The translations under genes and the position numbers were made by a program. Under the pieces are notes generated by a model. That model had not been told where the DNA came from. It saw nothing but the letters and a program-made list of their open reading frames with translations, and did no database searches. DNA of 55,134 nt from a bacterium (GTDB lineage: Bacteria; Patescibacteriota; Patescibacteriia; SG8-24). Positions 26,011 to 34,674 of this stretch are shown one piece after another; position 1 is the stretch's first letter; each line of letters starts with the position of its first letter. Location: NCBI GenBank assembly GCA_021824285.1, contig JAKAKZ010000005.1, positions 1 through 55,134 of the forward strand, written 5' to 3'.

Positions 26011-26523
26011 TCAGCGTGTCCAGGCGCCGTCGGGTGGCGGCGTGGGCATGATGCGGATGAGTTTGGCCGCAATACGGCCGTCAGTCCCCGGGTCGCCGAT
26101 GACGGTCACGAAATCATCGGGGCTGATCTCGTCGGCCGTCACGCTGTCGCGGAAAAGACGGATGACCGTCTGCGAATCGATGACCACGGTCTTTTCAGAA
26201 CCGTCGCGGTCCTGGACGACGAGCGTGCCGGCATCCGCGTTCAGGACCCGGCCGGCGACGCCATGGCCGCCGAAGAACGAATCGTCGCGGAAACCGCCCA
26301 TCACGCCGCCCATCATCCCGCCGCGGCGCGGCGCGACGAAATTACGCTCATAGCGGCTGCCGAAGCCGTATGAGTAGCTGGCCTTGCGGTAACCGACGCG
26401 CAGACCGATATAGAAGACCAGCAGGCCGGCGACGAACGCGGTGATGCCGATCAGGATTACCTTCGCGGCCTTGGGCGGCCTGTTGTCCTTGTCCTTGAGA
26501 AATTCAAACATATGCCTAGGCAA
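26011..26523 (-). CDS. membrane-anchored protein with DUF5666-like beta domain (tentative)
   Basis: N-terminal TM, a Gly/Met-rich linker, then GRVLNADAGTLVVQDRDGSEKTVVIDSQT...FVTVIGD. Confidence 0.6.
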   Translation of the reverse strand: MPRHMFEFLKDKDNRPPKAAKVILIGITAFVAGLLVFYIGLRVGYRKASYSYGFGSRYERNFVAPRRGGMMGGVMGGFRDDSFFGGHGVAGRVLNADAGTLVVQDRDGSEKTVVIDSQTVIRLFRDSVTADEISPDDFVTVIGDPGTDGRIAAKLIRIMPTPPPDGAWTR

Positions 26524-26929
26524 CTTGCTTAAACATGAGATGGTTATTGAGGTTATGGGCCAGACGGCGAACGGATTCGAACAGCAGGGCGAAAGAAATC
26601 AGGGTTGCCGCAATGGGCAGGACCGGCAGCGACTCAAGCGCGGCATAGGCGAAAGACCAGCCGGCATTCAACACATCAGCCACGTCGTAGAACAGCAGGC
26701 CGACGTATTCCGCAAAACCGGTCTGGGAAACGGAAGAGAACGCCTCGTGACCAGCCAGCACCATGGCGGCAAACGACAGGATGGCGGTCAAGGAATAGAA
26801 AACCGTGCGCCGCGCGGCATTGGCCTTTTCGGCTTCGGACCTGACGCGGGCGACGATACGGGCGGCCAGGCCAACAGGCGGCTCGGCTTCCTGAAAGAGA
26901 CTGGCTAATTTCCTGATGTCATTATCCAT
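26516..26929 (-). CDS. hypothetical membrane protein, possible anti-sigma factor
   Basis: Its position is immediately downstream of the ECF sigma gene. It has a cytoplasmic N-terminus and 3 TM segments but no recognisable zinc anti-sigma motif. Confidence 0.4.
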   Translation of the reverse strand: MDNDIRKLASLFQEAEPPVGLAARIVARVRSEAEKANAARRTVFYSLTAILSFAAMVLAGHEAFSSVSQTGFAEYVGLLFYDVADVLNAGWSFAYAALESLPVLPIAATLISFALLFESVRRLAHNLNNHLMFKQVA

Positions 26930-26949
26930 ATGAAACCGCCTAATAGCTT

Positions 26950-26976
26950 AACCGCCATCGACCGGCACCCGGTCCC
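26950..26976 (-). promoter_or_regulatory. candidate ECF-type promoter for the exporter operon
   Basis: On the minus strand: GGGAC, 17 nt, CGGTT, ~20 nt upstream of the 26929 start. Confidence 0.3.
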
Positions 26977-27004
26977 GGTGAATCGCAGCGGAGATGATAT
27001 ATAT

Positions 27005-27039
27005 ACGAAAAAGGCGGCCCTTTTGGTTCAGCCGCCTTT
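27005..27039 (-). terminator. intrinsic terminator overlapping the sigma gene stop
   Basis: AAAGGCGGC-N12-GCCGCCTTT followed by T5 on the minus strand. Confidence 0.6.
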
Positions 27040-27597
27040 CCCAGTAAGAATTTGGCGCAACTTGGCCAAGGCCCGGTAATAACGCGTTTTGACGGTATCG
27101 AGCCCCTTTCCCATGACCTGCGATATCTCCGAGAAGGTCAGCCCGCCCTGATGGTACAGGCGGACCGTCTCCTCCTGTTCCGGCGCAAGCCGCGCCATGG
27201 CCCGATTGACGGCTTCCGCCAGGTCCTTCCGCTCAAACAGCTCCGGAGGCAGCGGCGACTCGTCTCGGAGCGTATCCGCGAAGTCCGTCCCCCCGTCTTC
27301 AGACTCCAAGTAAGTGAAGGGCACGGGTTTTTTCTTCTTCAAGGAGTCCAGCAGCGAGTTATTGGCGATCGCCAAAATCCAAGTGAGAAACTTTTTTTTG
27401 CGGTCGAAACGGCGCAGATTCCGCCAGGCCTTCACAAAGGCCTCCTGGGAGACGTCTTCGGCCGTCGCGCGGTCACCAGAGCGGCGCAACACGAAACCGT
27501 AAACCGCCTTGAGGTGGCGGTTGACCAGCGCGGTAAAAGCCGCCTCCTCTCCTTTAAGGTAGGCGGCGACCAGTTGCGCGTCAGAACGCTCTTCCAT
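27028..27597 (-). CDS. ECF (group IV) RNA polymerase sigma-70 factor
   Basis: 189 aa with region 2 (YGFVLRRSGDRATAEDVSQEAFVKAWRNL) and a region 4 HTH (GGLTFSEISQVMG...TVKTRYYRAL). Confidence 0.92.
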   Translation of the reverse strand: MEERSDAQLVAAYLKGEEAAFTALVNRHLKAVYGFVLRRSGDRATAEDVSQEAFVKAWRNLRRFDRKKKFLTWILAIANNSLLDSLKKKKPVPFTYLESEDGGTDFADTLRDESPLPPELFERKDLAEAVNRAMARLAPEQEETVRLYHQGGLTFSEISQVMGKGLDTVKTRYYRALAKLRQILTGKGG

Positions 27598-27657
27598 GGG
27601 CGGAATAGTAGCAGGTTCTGGGTTATAGTCGACTTTTCGATTACGGGGCTTAAACTA

Positions 27658-27686
27658 TTGACTTTCGGCTTAATTTCCAATATATT
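27658..27686 (+). promoter_or_regulatory. sigma70-type promoter of tig
   Basis: TTGACT, 17 nt, TATATT. Confidence 0.6.
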
Positions 27687-27761
27687 TCGTCCACTTACAC
27701 CGAGCCGGTCTGCTGGCCGGGCCACGAAAAGCCCGTCCCCCCAGACCGAATACCTCTATAT

Positions 27762-29063
27762 ATGAAACTCGATACCAAGACCCTGCCGAAAAACGAGATT
27801 GAGCTGACCTTTGAGATCCCGGTTGAGGAATTCCGCGACGAGCTTGAGCGCGCCGCCGCACACCTCCAGGAGCACAAGGCCATTCCGGGCTACCGGCCGG
27901 GTAAGGCGCCTTATGACATCGTCAAGAACTCTTTCGGCGAGATGGCCATCTATGAGGAGGCCCTGCCGGACGTGGTCCGCCACGCCTACGTCGAGGCCGT
28001 GATGAAGGCCGGTTACCGCCCCTACGGCGATCCGCGCATCAACGTCACCAAGCTCGCGCCCGGCAACTCCCTGGCCTTTACCGCCACCATCACGCTCGTG
28101 CCCGAAGTGAAGAGCCTGGCCGATTTCCGCAAGATCAAGGTCGCCGCGAAGGCGGTTGAAGTGCCGGAGAAGGATGTGGACCAGGCCCTCAAGGACCTGC
28201 GTAAGATGCGCACCCAAGAGGTCCGCTCCACCGAGCCGGTGAAGGGTGGCGATAAGGTCGTGCTGGACATGGACCTCTCACTCGATAAGGTTCCGCTCGA
28301 CGGCGGCCAGGCCAAGGGCCACAGCATCTACCTGGACGAGGAGTATTACGTCCCGGGCATGAAGGAGCAGCTCTTGGGCCTTAAGGAGGGCGACAAGAAG
28401 GAGTTCCGCCTGAAGTTCCCGGACACCCACTACCAGAAGAACATCGCCGGCAAGGAGGTGGATTTCGCGGTGACGATCAAGGAAGTCTACGGGCTGACGC
28501 ATCCGGAACTGAACGACGAGTTCGCCAAGGGTTTCGGTCAGGAGAGCCTGACGAAGCTGCGCGACCTCATCCGCGACAACATGAAGCATGAGGCCGAAGA
28601 GAAGGAGGCCCAGCGGCTGGAAGTCGAGATGCTCGACAAGGTCGTCGAAAAATCATCCTTCGGCGACATCTCGGACCGCATCATCAACACCGAGATCGAG
28701 CGCATGATCGACGAGCTGAAGGGCTCGGTCAGCGAGCGCGGCATCAGCTTCGACGATTACCTGAAGAACATCAAGAAGACGCTCGCGGACCTCAAGCTGG
28801 ACTTCGCCGCGCAGGCCGTAAAGCGCGTGAAGACCGCTCTGGCCATCCGCGACATCGGCGAGAAGGAGAAGTTGGAGGTCACGGACGAGGAGCTGCTCGC
28901 GGAGGTCAACCGCCTGATGAACCAATACAAGGATTCCTCCGAAACCCAGGAACGCCTCCGGAGCGATGAATACCAGGACTGGCTGCGCAGCACCATGCGT
29001 AACCGCAAGGTCATCGCCCTGCTGAAGAAGGAAATCCTCGGCGAGGAGCATCACCATCACTAA
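27762..29063 (+). CDS. tig: trigger factor
   Basis: 433 aa with an N-terminal ribosome-binding domain, an FKBP-type PPIase and a C-terminal arm. It ends in EEHHHH. Confidence 0.93.
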   Translation: MKLDTKTLPKNEIELTFEIPVEEFRDELERAAAHLQEHKAIPGYRPGKAPYDIVKNSFGEMAIYEEALPDVVRHAYVEAVMKAGYRPYGDPRINVTKLAPGNSLAFTATITLVPEVKSLADFRKIKVAAKAVEVPEKDVDQALKDLRKMRTQEVRSTEPVKGGDKVVLDMDLSLDKVPLDGGQAKGHSIYLDEEYYVPGMKEQLLGLKEGDKKEFRLKFPDTHYQKNIAGKEVDFAVTIKEVYGLTHPELNDEFAKGFGQESLTKLRDLIRDNMKHEAEEKEAQRLEVEMLDKVVEKSSFGDISDRIINTEIERMIDELKGSVSERGISFDDYLKNIKKTLADLKLDFAAQAVKRVKTALAIRDIGEKEKLEVTDEELLAEVNRLMNQYKDSSETQERLRSDEYQDWLRSTMRNRKVIALLKKEILGEEHHHH

Positions 29064-29072
29064 AAGAGCAGA

Positions 29073-29093
29073 AGCGGCGGCAACGCCGCTTTT
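29073..29093 (+). terminator. intrinsic terminator after tig
   Basis: AGCGGCG-GCAA-CGCCGCT followed by T4. Confidence 0.7.
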
Positions 29094-29147
29094 GAATTTG
29101 CAGTGGCTGGTGGGGCACCAGTTGCTCCTTATGAAGGAATAACGTAA

Positions 29148-29191
29148 ATCACCAATCACTAACCACTAGTCACTAACCACCAACCACCAAT
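29148..29191. repeat. word repeat, GGTGATTGGTGA flavour (complement orientation)
   Basis: ATCACCAATCACTAACCACTAGTCACTAACCACCAACCACCAAT, with a weak GTGGCTGGTGGGG counterpart at 29103-29115. Confidence 0.65.
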
Positions 29192-29210
29192 AGTGTATGA
29201 TTAAGCAACT

Positions 29211-30071
29211 ATGAAGAACCGCCAAACAATAATAGGTGCCCACGTCTCGGCCGCCGGCGGACTGGAAAATGCGCCGCTCGCGGCCGCCAAGCTGGGCCTC
29301 GACTGCTTTCAATTCTTCAGCCGGCCGCCGCAGGGCGGACGTGTCGCGCCGATCACCAAGGAGGCCGCAATGAAGTTCAAAGATGCGTGCAAGTCCGTGG
29401 GAATCACCGAGTATTACGTCCACGCCCCCTACGTCATCAACCTGGCCTCGGGCGAGGAGCGTATCCGCCGCAACTCCATCGAGATTTTGAAGACCGAGCT
29501 GGAGCGCTCGGCCGCGCTCGGCGTCGCCGCCACCATGACGCACGTCGGCAGCGCCAAGGACGTCGGCGAGGAACGCGGCGTGGAGCTGGTCGTCGAGGGG
29601 ATTAAGGAAATTTTGGCTAAACATAAAGGAGAAAACCTCTTCCTAGTGGAAATTTCCGCCGGAGCTGGCAGCATCATCGGCGACACATTTGATGAGGTCG
29701 CGGCGATCATGGGCTCAATCAAGGATGACCGCCTTCTCGTCTGCTTCGACACCGCACATGCCTTCGCTTCCGGGTATGACCTGCGCGACGAAACCGCGGT
29801 CAATAAAACCATGGATGAGTTTAACCGCACTGTCGGACTCAAAAGACTCTACATGTCGCACTGCAACGACTCACAGGTAGACATCGGGGCCCACAAGGAC
29901 CGGCACGAGCACATCGGCCGCGGTTTCATCGGCGAAAAGGGGTTCCGCGCCATGCTCGCCTCGCCCGCCTTCCGCGGACTGCCACTTATCCTTGAGACGC
30001 CGCACGACGACCTCTTGGCCGATGACATCGCGCTCCTCAAGAAACTTCGGAGCGCGGCCGCAAAAGCATGA
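29211..30071 (+). CDS. nfo: deoxyribonuclease IV (AP endonuclease family 2)
   Basis: 286-aa TIM-barrel endonuclease IV pattern (IGAHVS..GG, HAPY.INL, conserved His/Asp/Glu ligands). Confidence 0.92.
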   Translation: MKNRQTIIGAHVSAAGGLENAPLAAAKLGLDCFQFFSRPPQGGRVAPITKEAAMKFKDACKSVGITEYYVHAPYVINLASGEERIRRNSIEILKTELERSAALGVAATMTHVGSAKDVGEERGVELVVEGIKEILAKHKGENLFLVEISAGAGSIIGDTFDEVAAIMGSIKDDRLLVCFDTAHAFASGYDLRDETAVNKTMDEFNRTVGLKRLYMSHCNDSQVDIGAHKDRHEHIGRGFIGEKGFRAMLASPAFRGLPLILETPHDDLLADDIALLKKLRSAAAKA

Positions 30072-30292
30072 GCCGCCTCATTGAAGTTAAAGTAACCTCC
30101 AACGCCAGGGAGCGATCGTGCGCTCTCGGCGCTGACGGCATCTGGCGCGTGCGGACCACGAAACCACGCGATGCCGGCAAGGCCAACGAGGACGTCATCG
30201 ACCAACTGGCCGAGGCCTTAGGCGTGGCCAAATCTTTGCTCACAATCGTCTCCGGCGCTACGGCCTCCAGGAAGCGGGTGCGGGTCGGCTAA
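30068..30292 (+). CDS. DUF167 (YggU-like) family protein
   Basis: 74 aa containing V.V.....A..G.AN..V...LA..LGV.K..L.IVSG..SR.K.V.V. Its start overlaps the nfo stop (ATGA). Confidence 0.8.
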   Translation: MSRLIEVKVTSNARERSCALGADGIWRVRTTKPRDAGKANEDVIDQLAEALGVAKSLLTIVSGATASRKRVRVG

Positions 30293-30300
30293 CGGCCGGC

Positions 30301-30423
30301 TGGAGAGTGTGAAGTGTGAAGATTGGGGGTGGAGTTAAAGCAAAGCCGCGCTTCAGCGCGGTTTTACCGTATAAGAAAATCGCCTCCCGACTTCACGCTC
30401 CACACTCCAGACTTCACTTCACC
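30301..30423. repeat. degenerate word inverted repeat (GGAGTGTGAAGT flavour) enclosing a canonical terminator
   Basis: The left arm is TGGAGAGTGTGAAGTGTGAAGATTGGGGGTGGAGTT. The centre is CCGCGC-TTCA-GCGCGG-TTTT (30346-30365). The right arm is CCTCCCGACTTCACGCTCCACACTCCAGACTTCACTTCACC, overlapping the yidD stop. Confidence 0.8.
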
Positions 30424-30689
30424 GGATCGTATCCGCCCTTGCTCCAGGGATTGCAGCGTAAGACGCGCCAAGCCGTGAGCGCGGTTCCGACAATGGCCCC
30501 GCGTTTGGTAATGGCCTGTTTGCCGTATTCCGAACAGGACGGGTAATAGCGGCAGTAGCCATGAGGCCAGCGGCGCCGAAACCAACCGTGATCCGGCGAG
30601 ATGGTGCGCTGGTAAATCGAGATCAGAAAAACCAGAGCCAAGGACGGCAGGCGGTAAACGAAATCGAACGCTTTGCGCAGGCGGTTCAT
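30414..30689 (-). CDS. yidD: membrane protein insertion efficiency factor YidD
   Basis: [11 protein letters not shown]....K.G...G..L...R..RCNPW..GG.DPV. Confidence 0.93.
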   Translation of the reverse strand: MNRLRKAFDFVYRLPSLALVFLISIYQRTISPDHGWFRRRWPHGYCRYYPSCSEYGKQAITKRGAIVGTALTAWRVLRCNPWSKGGYDPVK

Positions 30690-31036
30690 TTGCCCAGAGG
30701 CGGCAGCAGGCGCGCACGGATAAGAAGGGAAACGACTTCCTGACGTAATGCAGAAAAATCCGAGTCCTTCGCCGCGCCTTGTGCCATCAGTGCGATGTCA
30801 GCTGGCCACTGAAGACGGAGAAGGAGGGGCCGCACTATCTCCCGCATTTGCCGTTTGATGCGGTTCCGGACAACCGCACTCTTGGATATTTTAGTGCTTA
30901 CGATAAAAGCGAACCTTGTCGGTCCGGATGTGGGCAACAGCTTCATGCCTAAAATACGGCCGCGGACGTTCCTGCCGGATTTGAACAGCTGTTCAATGGC
31001 TTTTTCAGAGCGCAACCGATTCGTGTCCGGAAGCAT
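30686..31036 (-). CDS. rnpA: ribonuclease P protein component
   Basis: Its position lies between rpmH and yidD, with [15 protein letters not shown] and the RNR motif [10 protein letters not shown]. The start is set at MLPDTNRL. Confidence 0.88.
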   Translation of the reverse strand: MLPDTNRLRSEKAIEQLFKSGRNVRGRILGMKLLPTSGPTRFAFIVSTKISKSAVVRNRIKRQMREIVRPLLLRLQWPADIALMAQGAAKDSDFSALRQEVVSLLIRARLLPPLGK

Positions 31037-31095
31037 ATCTACCTTAATTTTAGCATAAAAACCAAATCCGCGCCCTCGTGGGCGCGGATCATTCA

Positions 31096-31233
31096 CTAGA
31101 CAGTCAAACGCTTGCGGCCCTTGGCGCGCCGGCGGCGAAGAACCTGGCGGCCAGCGGAGCGGCGCATGCGCCGCAAAAAGCCATGAACCTTATTGCGGCG
31201 TTTTTTCTTCGGTTGGTATGTCCGTTTCGGCAT
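31096..31233 (-). CDS. rpmH: 50S ribosomal protein L34
   Basis: Translating the minus strand by hand gives [45 protein letters not shown]. The ORF is below the track cutoff. Confidence 0.95.
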   Translation of the reverse strand: MPKRTYQPKKKRRNKVHGFLRRMRRSAGRQVLRRRRAKGRKRLTV

Positions 31234-31681
31234 AAAATTGGCTGCAATGATGATGACTTATCCTGCCATATTGCCCCAAAACATGCAAGAGTCGCGTACC
31301 TAGACCAGCGCGTCAAAAAAACATGCTTCCGAAACGGCATAAAGTCTAAAAAATCTCTTGACAGCTCTGTGGAAATTCGCATCTGTGCATAACCTGCCGA
31401 CATTTCTTGTGTCGCGCTCTCTGACTGGATAATTAGGGCTCTAGTTTATTCGCTAAACTTAGTTGAATTTAACGAATTATCACCGGTCTTGCGTCCTATA
31501 AAAAAGTAATCCACAATCAATACACATAGTGTGCACATCGGGTAGGGTTTTCAACAGGGTAACCTTGCTCTAGACTGTACAAGTGCTCGTTCCAGAAATT
31601 GCTTCGGATAATTTATCCGAACCAGCTCCTGAAATGACGCGTTAAAATGAGCATTTTACCATCCGGATCATCACACGATCT
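31234..31681. other. rpmH-dnaA intergenic region, classical oriC/dnaA-promoter location
   Basis: AT-rich 448 bp. DnaA-box-like 9-mers are TGTGCATAA (31384-31392) and TAATCCACA (31507-31515). The palindrome CGGATAA-T-TTATCCG lies at 31605-31619. Confidence 0.5.
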
Positions 31682-33091
31682 ATGAACACTCACGAACTCT
31701 GGCAGGCGGTTCTTGGGGAACTCGAACTTAGCTTGAGCAAGGCGAATTTCACGACCTGGTTCAAGAATACGTTCGTATCTTCTTTTGAAGGCGACCGTGT
31801 GGTGATCAGTGTGCCAAATACGTTCACGAAGGCCTGGCTGGAAAAGAAGTACAATGCGACCATCCTGAAATCATTGCAGAACGTAGCGAAAAATCCGCGG
31901 CTGCGCGAAATAGTCTACAAAGTGGATATGCGGCCCATGGGACAGCAGCCGATGAGCGAACAGTACGCCATGGCGGTTAACGGTGCCGCGCAGACGGTTA
32001 CGGCGCCGACTATTACACGCGAGGGAGCTGTTTCCGGATACGGCCAGGCAAGGGGACCGAATGGCGATAGCCGCCTGAACGCCAAATATACATTTGATAC
32101 CTTCATCGTCGGTAAGGGGAGCGAACTGGCACATGCGGCGGCGCTTGCTGTAGCCGAAAATCTCGGCATGAAATACAACCCGCTGTTCATCTACGGTGGC
32201 GTTGGTCTCGGTAAAACACATCTGCTCCAAGCGATTGGCAACGAGACACTGCGCCGCAAGCAGGACGCTAAAATCCTGTACGTAACCTGCGAGACGTTCA
32301 CTAACGAGTTCATCCACGCGGTCAAAACCGGCCACGGAAAGGATTTCAAGGACACGTACCGGGCTGTTGACCTGCTGATGATCGACGACATCCAGTTCCT
32401 GACCGGACGCGACGGGACCCAAGAGGAGTTTTTCCACACTTTCAACGCCCTTCATGAGGCCAACAAGCAGGTCGTGCTGACTTCCGACAGGCCGCCGAAG
32501 CAGATTCCGGCCCTTGAGAACCGCCTGATCTCGCGCTTCGAATGGGGCATGATGGCGGACATCTCCAGCCCGGACTTCGAGACGCGCATCGCCATTCTGG
32601 AGACTAAATGCAAAGAAAGGAACTACGAGCTGGACCAGGACATCATCCGCCACATCGCCACCATGGTGCAGTCGAACGTCCGCGAGCTGGAAGGGGCGCT
32701 CAACAAAGTCATCGCCTACCACCAGTTCAAGAACAACCGCCCGACCCTCGAAAGCACCCGCTCCCTCCTCTCAAGCTTCGGCCCAACGCAGTCCAAGAAG
32801 AACGTCACGGCGAAGCAGATCATCACCACGGTTTCGACCTATTTCGACGTCACGAGCGACGAGATGCTCGGCAAATGCCGCGAAAAACGGCTCGCTTTCC
32901 CACGCCAAGTGATCATGTACCTGATGCGCGAGGAAATGAGTGCCTCCTTCCCGTCAATCGGCAACGAACTTGGAGGAAGAGACCATACGACCGCCATGCA
33001 CGCCTGCGGCAAGATCAAGGGAGAACTGGAGAACAGCCCGAAATTGCGCCAAGATATCGACCTCATCAAGCAACGGCTGTACAACGCGTAG
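31682..33091 (+). CDS. dnaA: chromosomal replication initiator protein DnaA
   Basis: 469 aa with Walker A GGVGLGKTHLL and a C-terminal DnaA-box binding domain (GGRDHTTAMHA). Confidence 0.97.
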   Translation: MNTHELWQAVLGELELSLSKANFTTWFKNTFVSSFEGDRVVISVPNTFTKAWLEKKYNATILKSLQNVAKNPRLREIVYKVDMRPMGQQPMSEQYAMAVNGAAQTVTAPTITREGAVSGYGQARGPNGDSRLNAKYTFDTFIVGKGSELAHAAALAVAENLGMKYNPLFIYGGVGLGKTHLLQAIGNETLRRKQDAKILYVTCETFTNEFIHAVKTGHGKDFKDTYRAVDLLMIDDIQFLTGRDGTQEEFFHTFNALHEANKQVVLTSDRPPKQIPALENRLISRFEWGMMADISSPDFETRIAILETKCKERNYELDQDIIRHIATMVQSNVRELEGALNKVIAYHQFKNNRPTLESTRSLLSSFGPTQSKKNVTAKQIITTVSTYFDVTSDEMLGKCREKRLAFPRQVIMYLMREEMSASFPSIGNELGGRDHTTAMHACGKIKGELENSPKLRQDIDLIKQRLYNA

Positions 33092-33434
33092 CGCGAGGCG
33101 AACGAATTTCAACAGGCAATACACAAAAAGTCCCCAGGTAAAGAAAATACAATTCAATCCGGCGGCTGAAAGGCCGTTTGGGTTAGCCTGGGGAAGGCGT
33201 GTGGCAATCCGGTGCAGACCTTTCCAATAACCGGTGGAACGCCGGTGCAGAAAAGACGGCTCCTGTCAGGGTCCGTTTTTTCTTCCACTGGTTTCCCGCT
33301 GACTGTCCGCAGACGGGTGTGAATGTTCTTTGGCGAAAGATTTGCTCAACCTTGCGACAACGAGCCGTCTTTCCCCACTATCCACTCGCCCACCACCACC
33401 GCCACGAATATATAATTCACTAACGATTGTAGTG

Positions 33435-34583
33435 ATGAAATTCTCTTGTACGCAGGAAAACCTGAACCAGGGACTCTCCGTAGTAAGTCATATCGCCAGC
33501 AAGAACATCAACTTGCCTATCTTGAGCAACGTGCTCGTTCGTTGCGAGAATGGCGTCCTGAAGCTTCTCTCGACGAACTTGGAGATTGCCATCAGCTGTA
33601 TCGTCCGTGGCAAGATTGAGGATGCCGGCGAGTTCACGGTCCCTTCCAAACTGTTCTCGGATTATGTCGCCCTACTGCCCAAGGACCGCGTGGACGTCTC
33701 CCTGGACGGCAACTCACTGGCCGTCTCCTGCGCTTCCTACAAGACCACCCTGCACGGCATACCGGCTTCGGAATACCCGCTCGTACCGACCATCGAGCGC
33801 CGGCATCGTATCGCCGTCAAAGTCGGCGACCTGCGTAAGGCTATCGGGCAAGTCCTGTTCGCCGTGGCCGCCAACGAATCGCGTCCGGAAATCAGCGGCG
33901 TGATGATGAAGTTCGTTAATGCCCAGGACGGCCTCAAAATAGTGATGGCTGGCACGGACAGCTACCGTCTGGCTGAGAAGATTATCCCGGCAAATAAGGC
34001 TAAATCAACTGAAATAATGGATCCGATTTCGGTCATCGTGCCGTCCAGGACCATCGCTGAATTGGTCAGGATTATCGGCGTCTTTAAGGACGAGACGGAT
34101 TCACAGGACCTGGAAATCCATGTCGGCGACGGCCAGCTGATGTTCTCCTACAACAACTGCGAGATAATTTCGCGCACCATTGAGGGTAAATATCCCGATT
34201 ATCGACAGCTTATCCCCGACCGGTTCGAAACCGAGGTCGTGCTGGAGAAGGACGAGCTGATGCGGGCCGTCAGGGCGACTTCCCTTTTCTCAAGGATTGG
34301 TCTTAATGACGTTCATTTCAGCTTTTCTGCCGGCCAGCCAATCCATGTGGCGTCCAAGAACAGTCAGACAGGTGAGCATAGCGTCGATTTGGAGGGGGCG
34401 GTGACCGGCAAGAACAACGAGGTTACGGTCAATTTCCGCTATTTTCTGGACGGAATTTCGAATATCGACCGGGAGACCGTGCTTGTCCAGCTCAATGATG
34501 CGATGAGCCCATGTATCGTTCGGCCAGCTTCAAGCGAGCATGAAAGCGACTACCTGTATATCGTGATGCCGATTAGGCAGTAA
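33435..34583 (+). CDS. dnaN: DNA polymerase III beta sliding clamp
   Basis: Starts MKFSCTQENLNQGL, typical of DnaN. 382 aa. The ORF is open from 33330, but that N-terminal extension is implausible. Confidence 0.95.
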   Translation: MKFSCTQENLNQGLSVVSHIASKNINLPILSNVLVRCENGVLKLLSTNLEIAISCIVRGKIEDAGEFTVPSKLFSDYVALLPKDRVDVSLDGNSLAVSCASYKTTLHGIPASEYPLVPTIERRHRIAVKVGDLRKAIGQVLFAVAANESRPEISGVMMKFVNAQDGLKIVMAGTDSYRLAEKIIPANKAKSTEIMDPISVIVPSRTIAELVRIIGVFKDETDSQDLEIHVGDGQLMFSYNNCEIISRTIEGKYPDYRQLIPDRFETEVVLEKDELMRAVRATSLFSRIGLNDVHFSFSAGQPIHVASKNSQTGEHSVDLEGAVTGKNNEVTVNFRYFLDGISNIDRETVLVQLNDAMSPCIVRPASSEHESDYLYIVMPIRQ

Positions 34584-34623
34584 TAGGCGGTTTAAAATTC
34601 GGAGTTGTTAGTTGAAAGTTAAG

Positions 34624-34656
34624 AAATAGCCGTCCGATTTATTCGGACGGCTATTT
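34624..34656. terminator. bidirectional terminator between dnaN and the PBP gene
   Basis: AAATAGCCGTCCGA-TTTAT-TCGGACGGCTATTT, preceded by GGAGTTGTTAGTTGAAAGTT words (34601-34622). Confidence 0.8.
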
Positions 34657-34674
34657 CGTATTCCAGTTGGATTA

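Noticed and set aside
29043-29063. A C-terminal EEHHHH on trigger factor, which could be a cloning-vector His-tag and so a sign of synthetic or contaminating sequence.
   Set aside because: It has only four His, with no linker, protease site or vector sequence around it. The native terminator follows immediately, so a natural His-rich tail is more likely.
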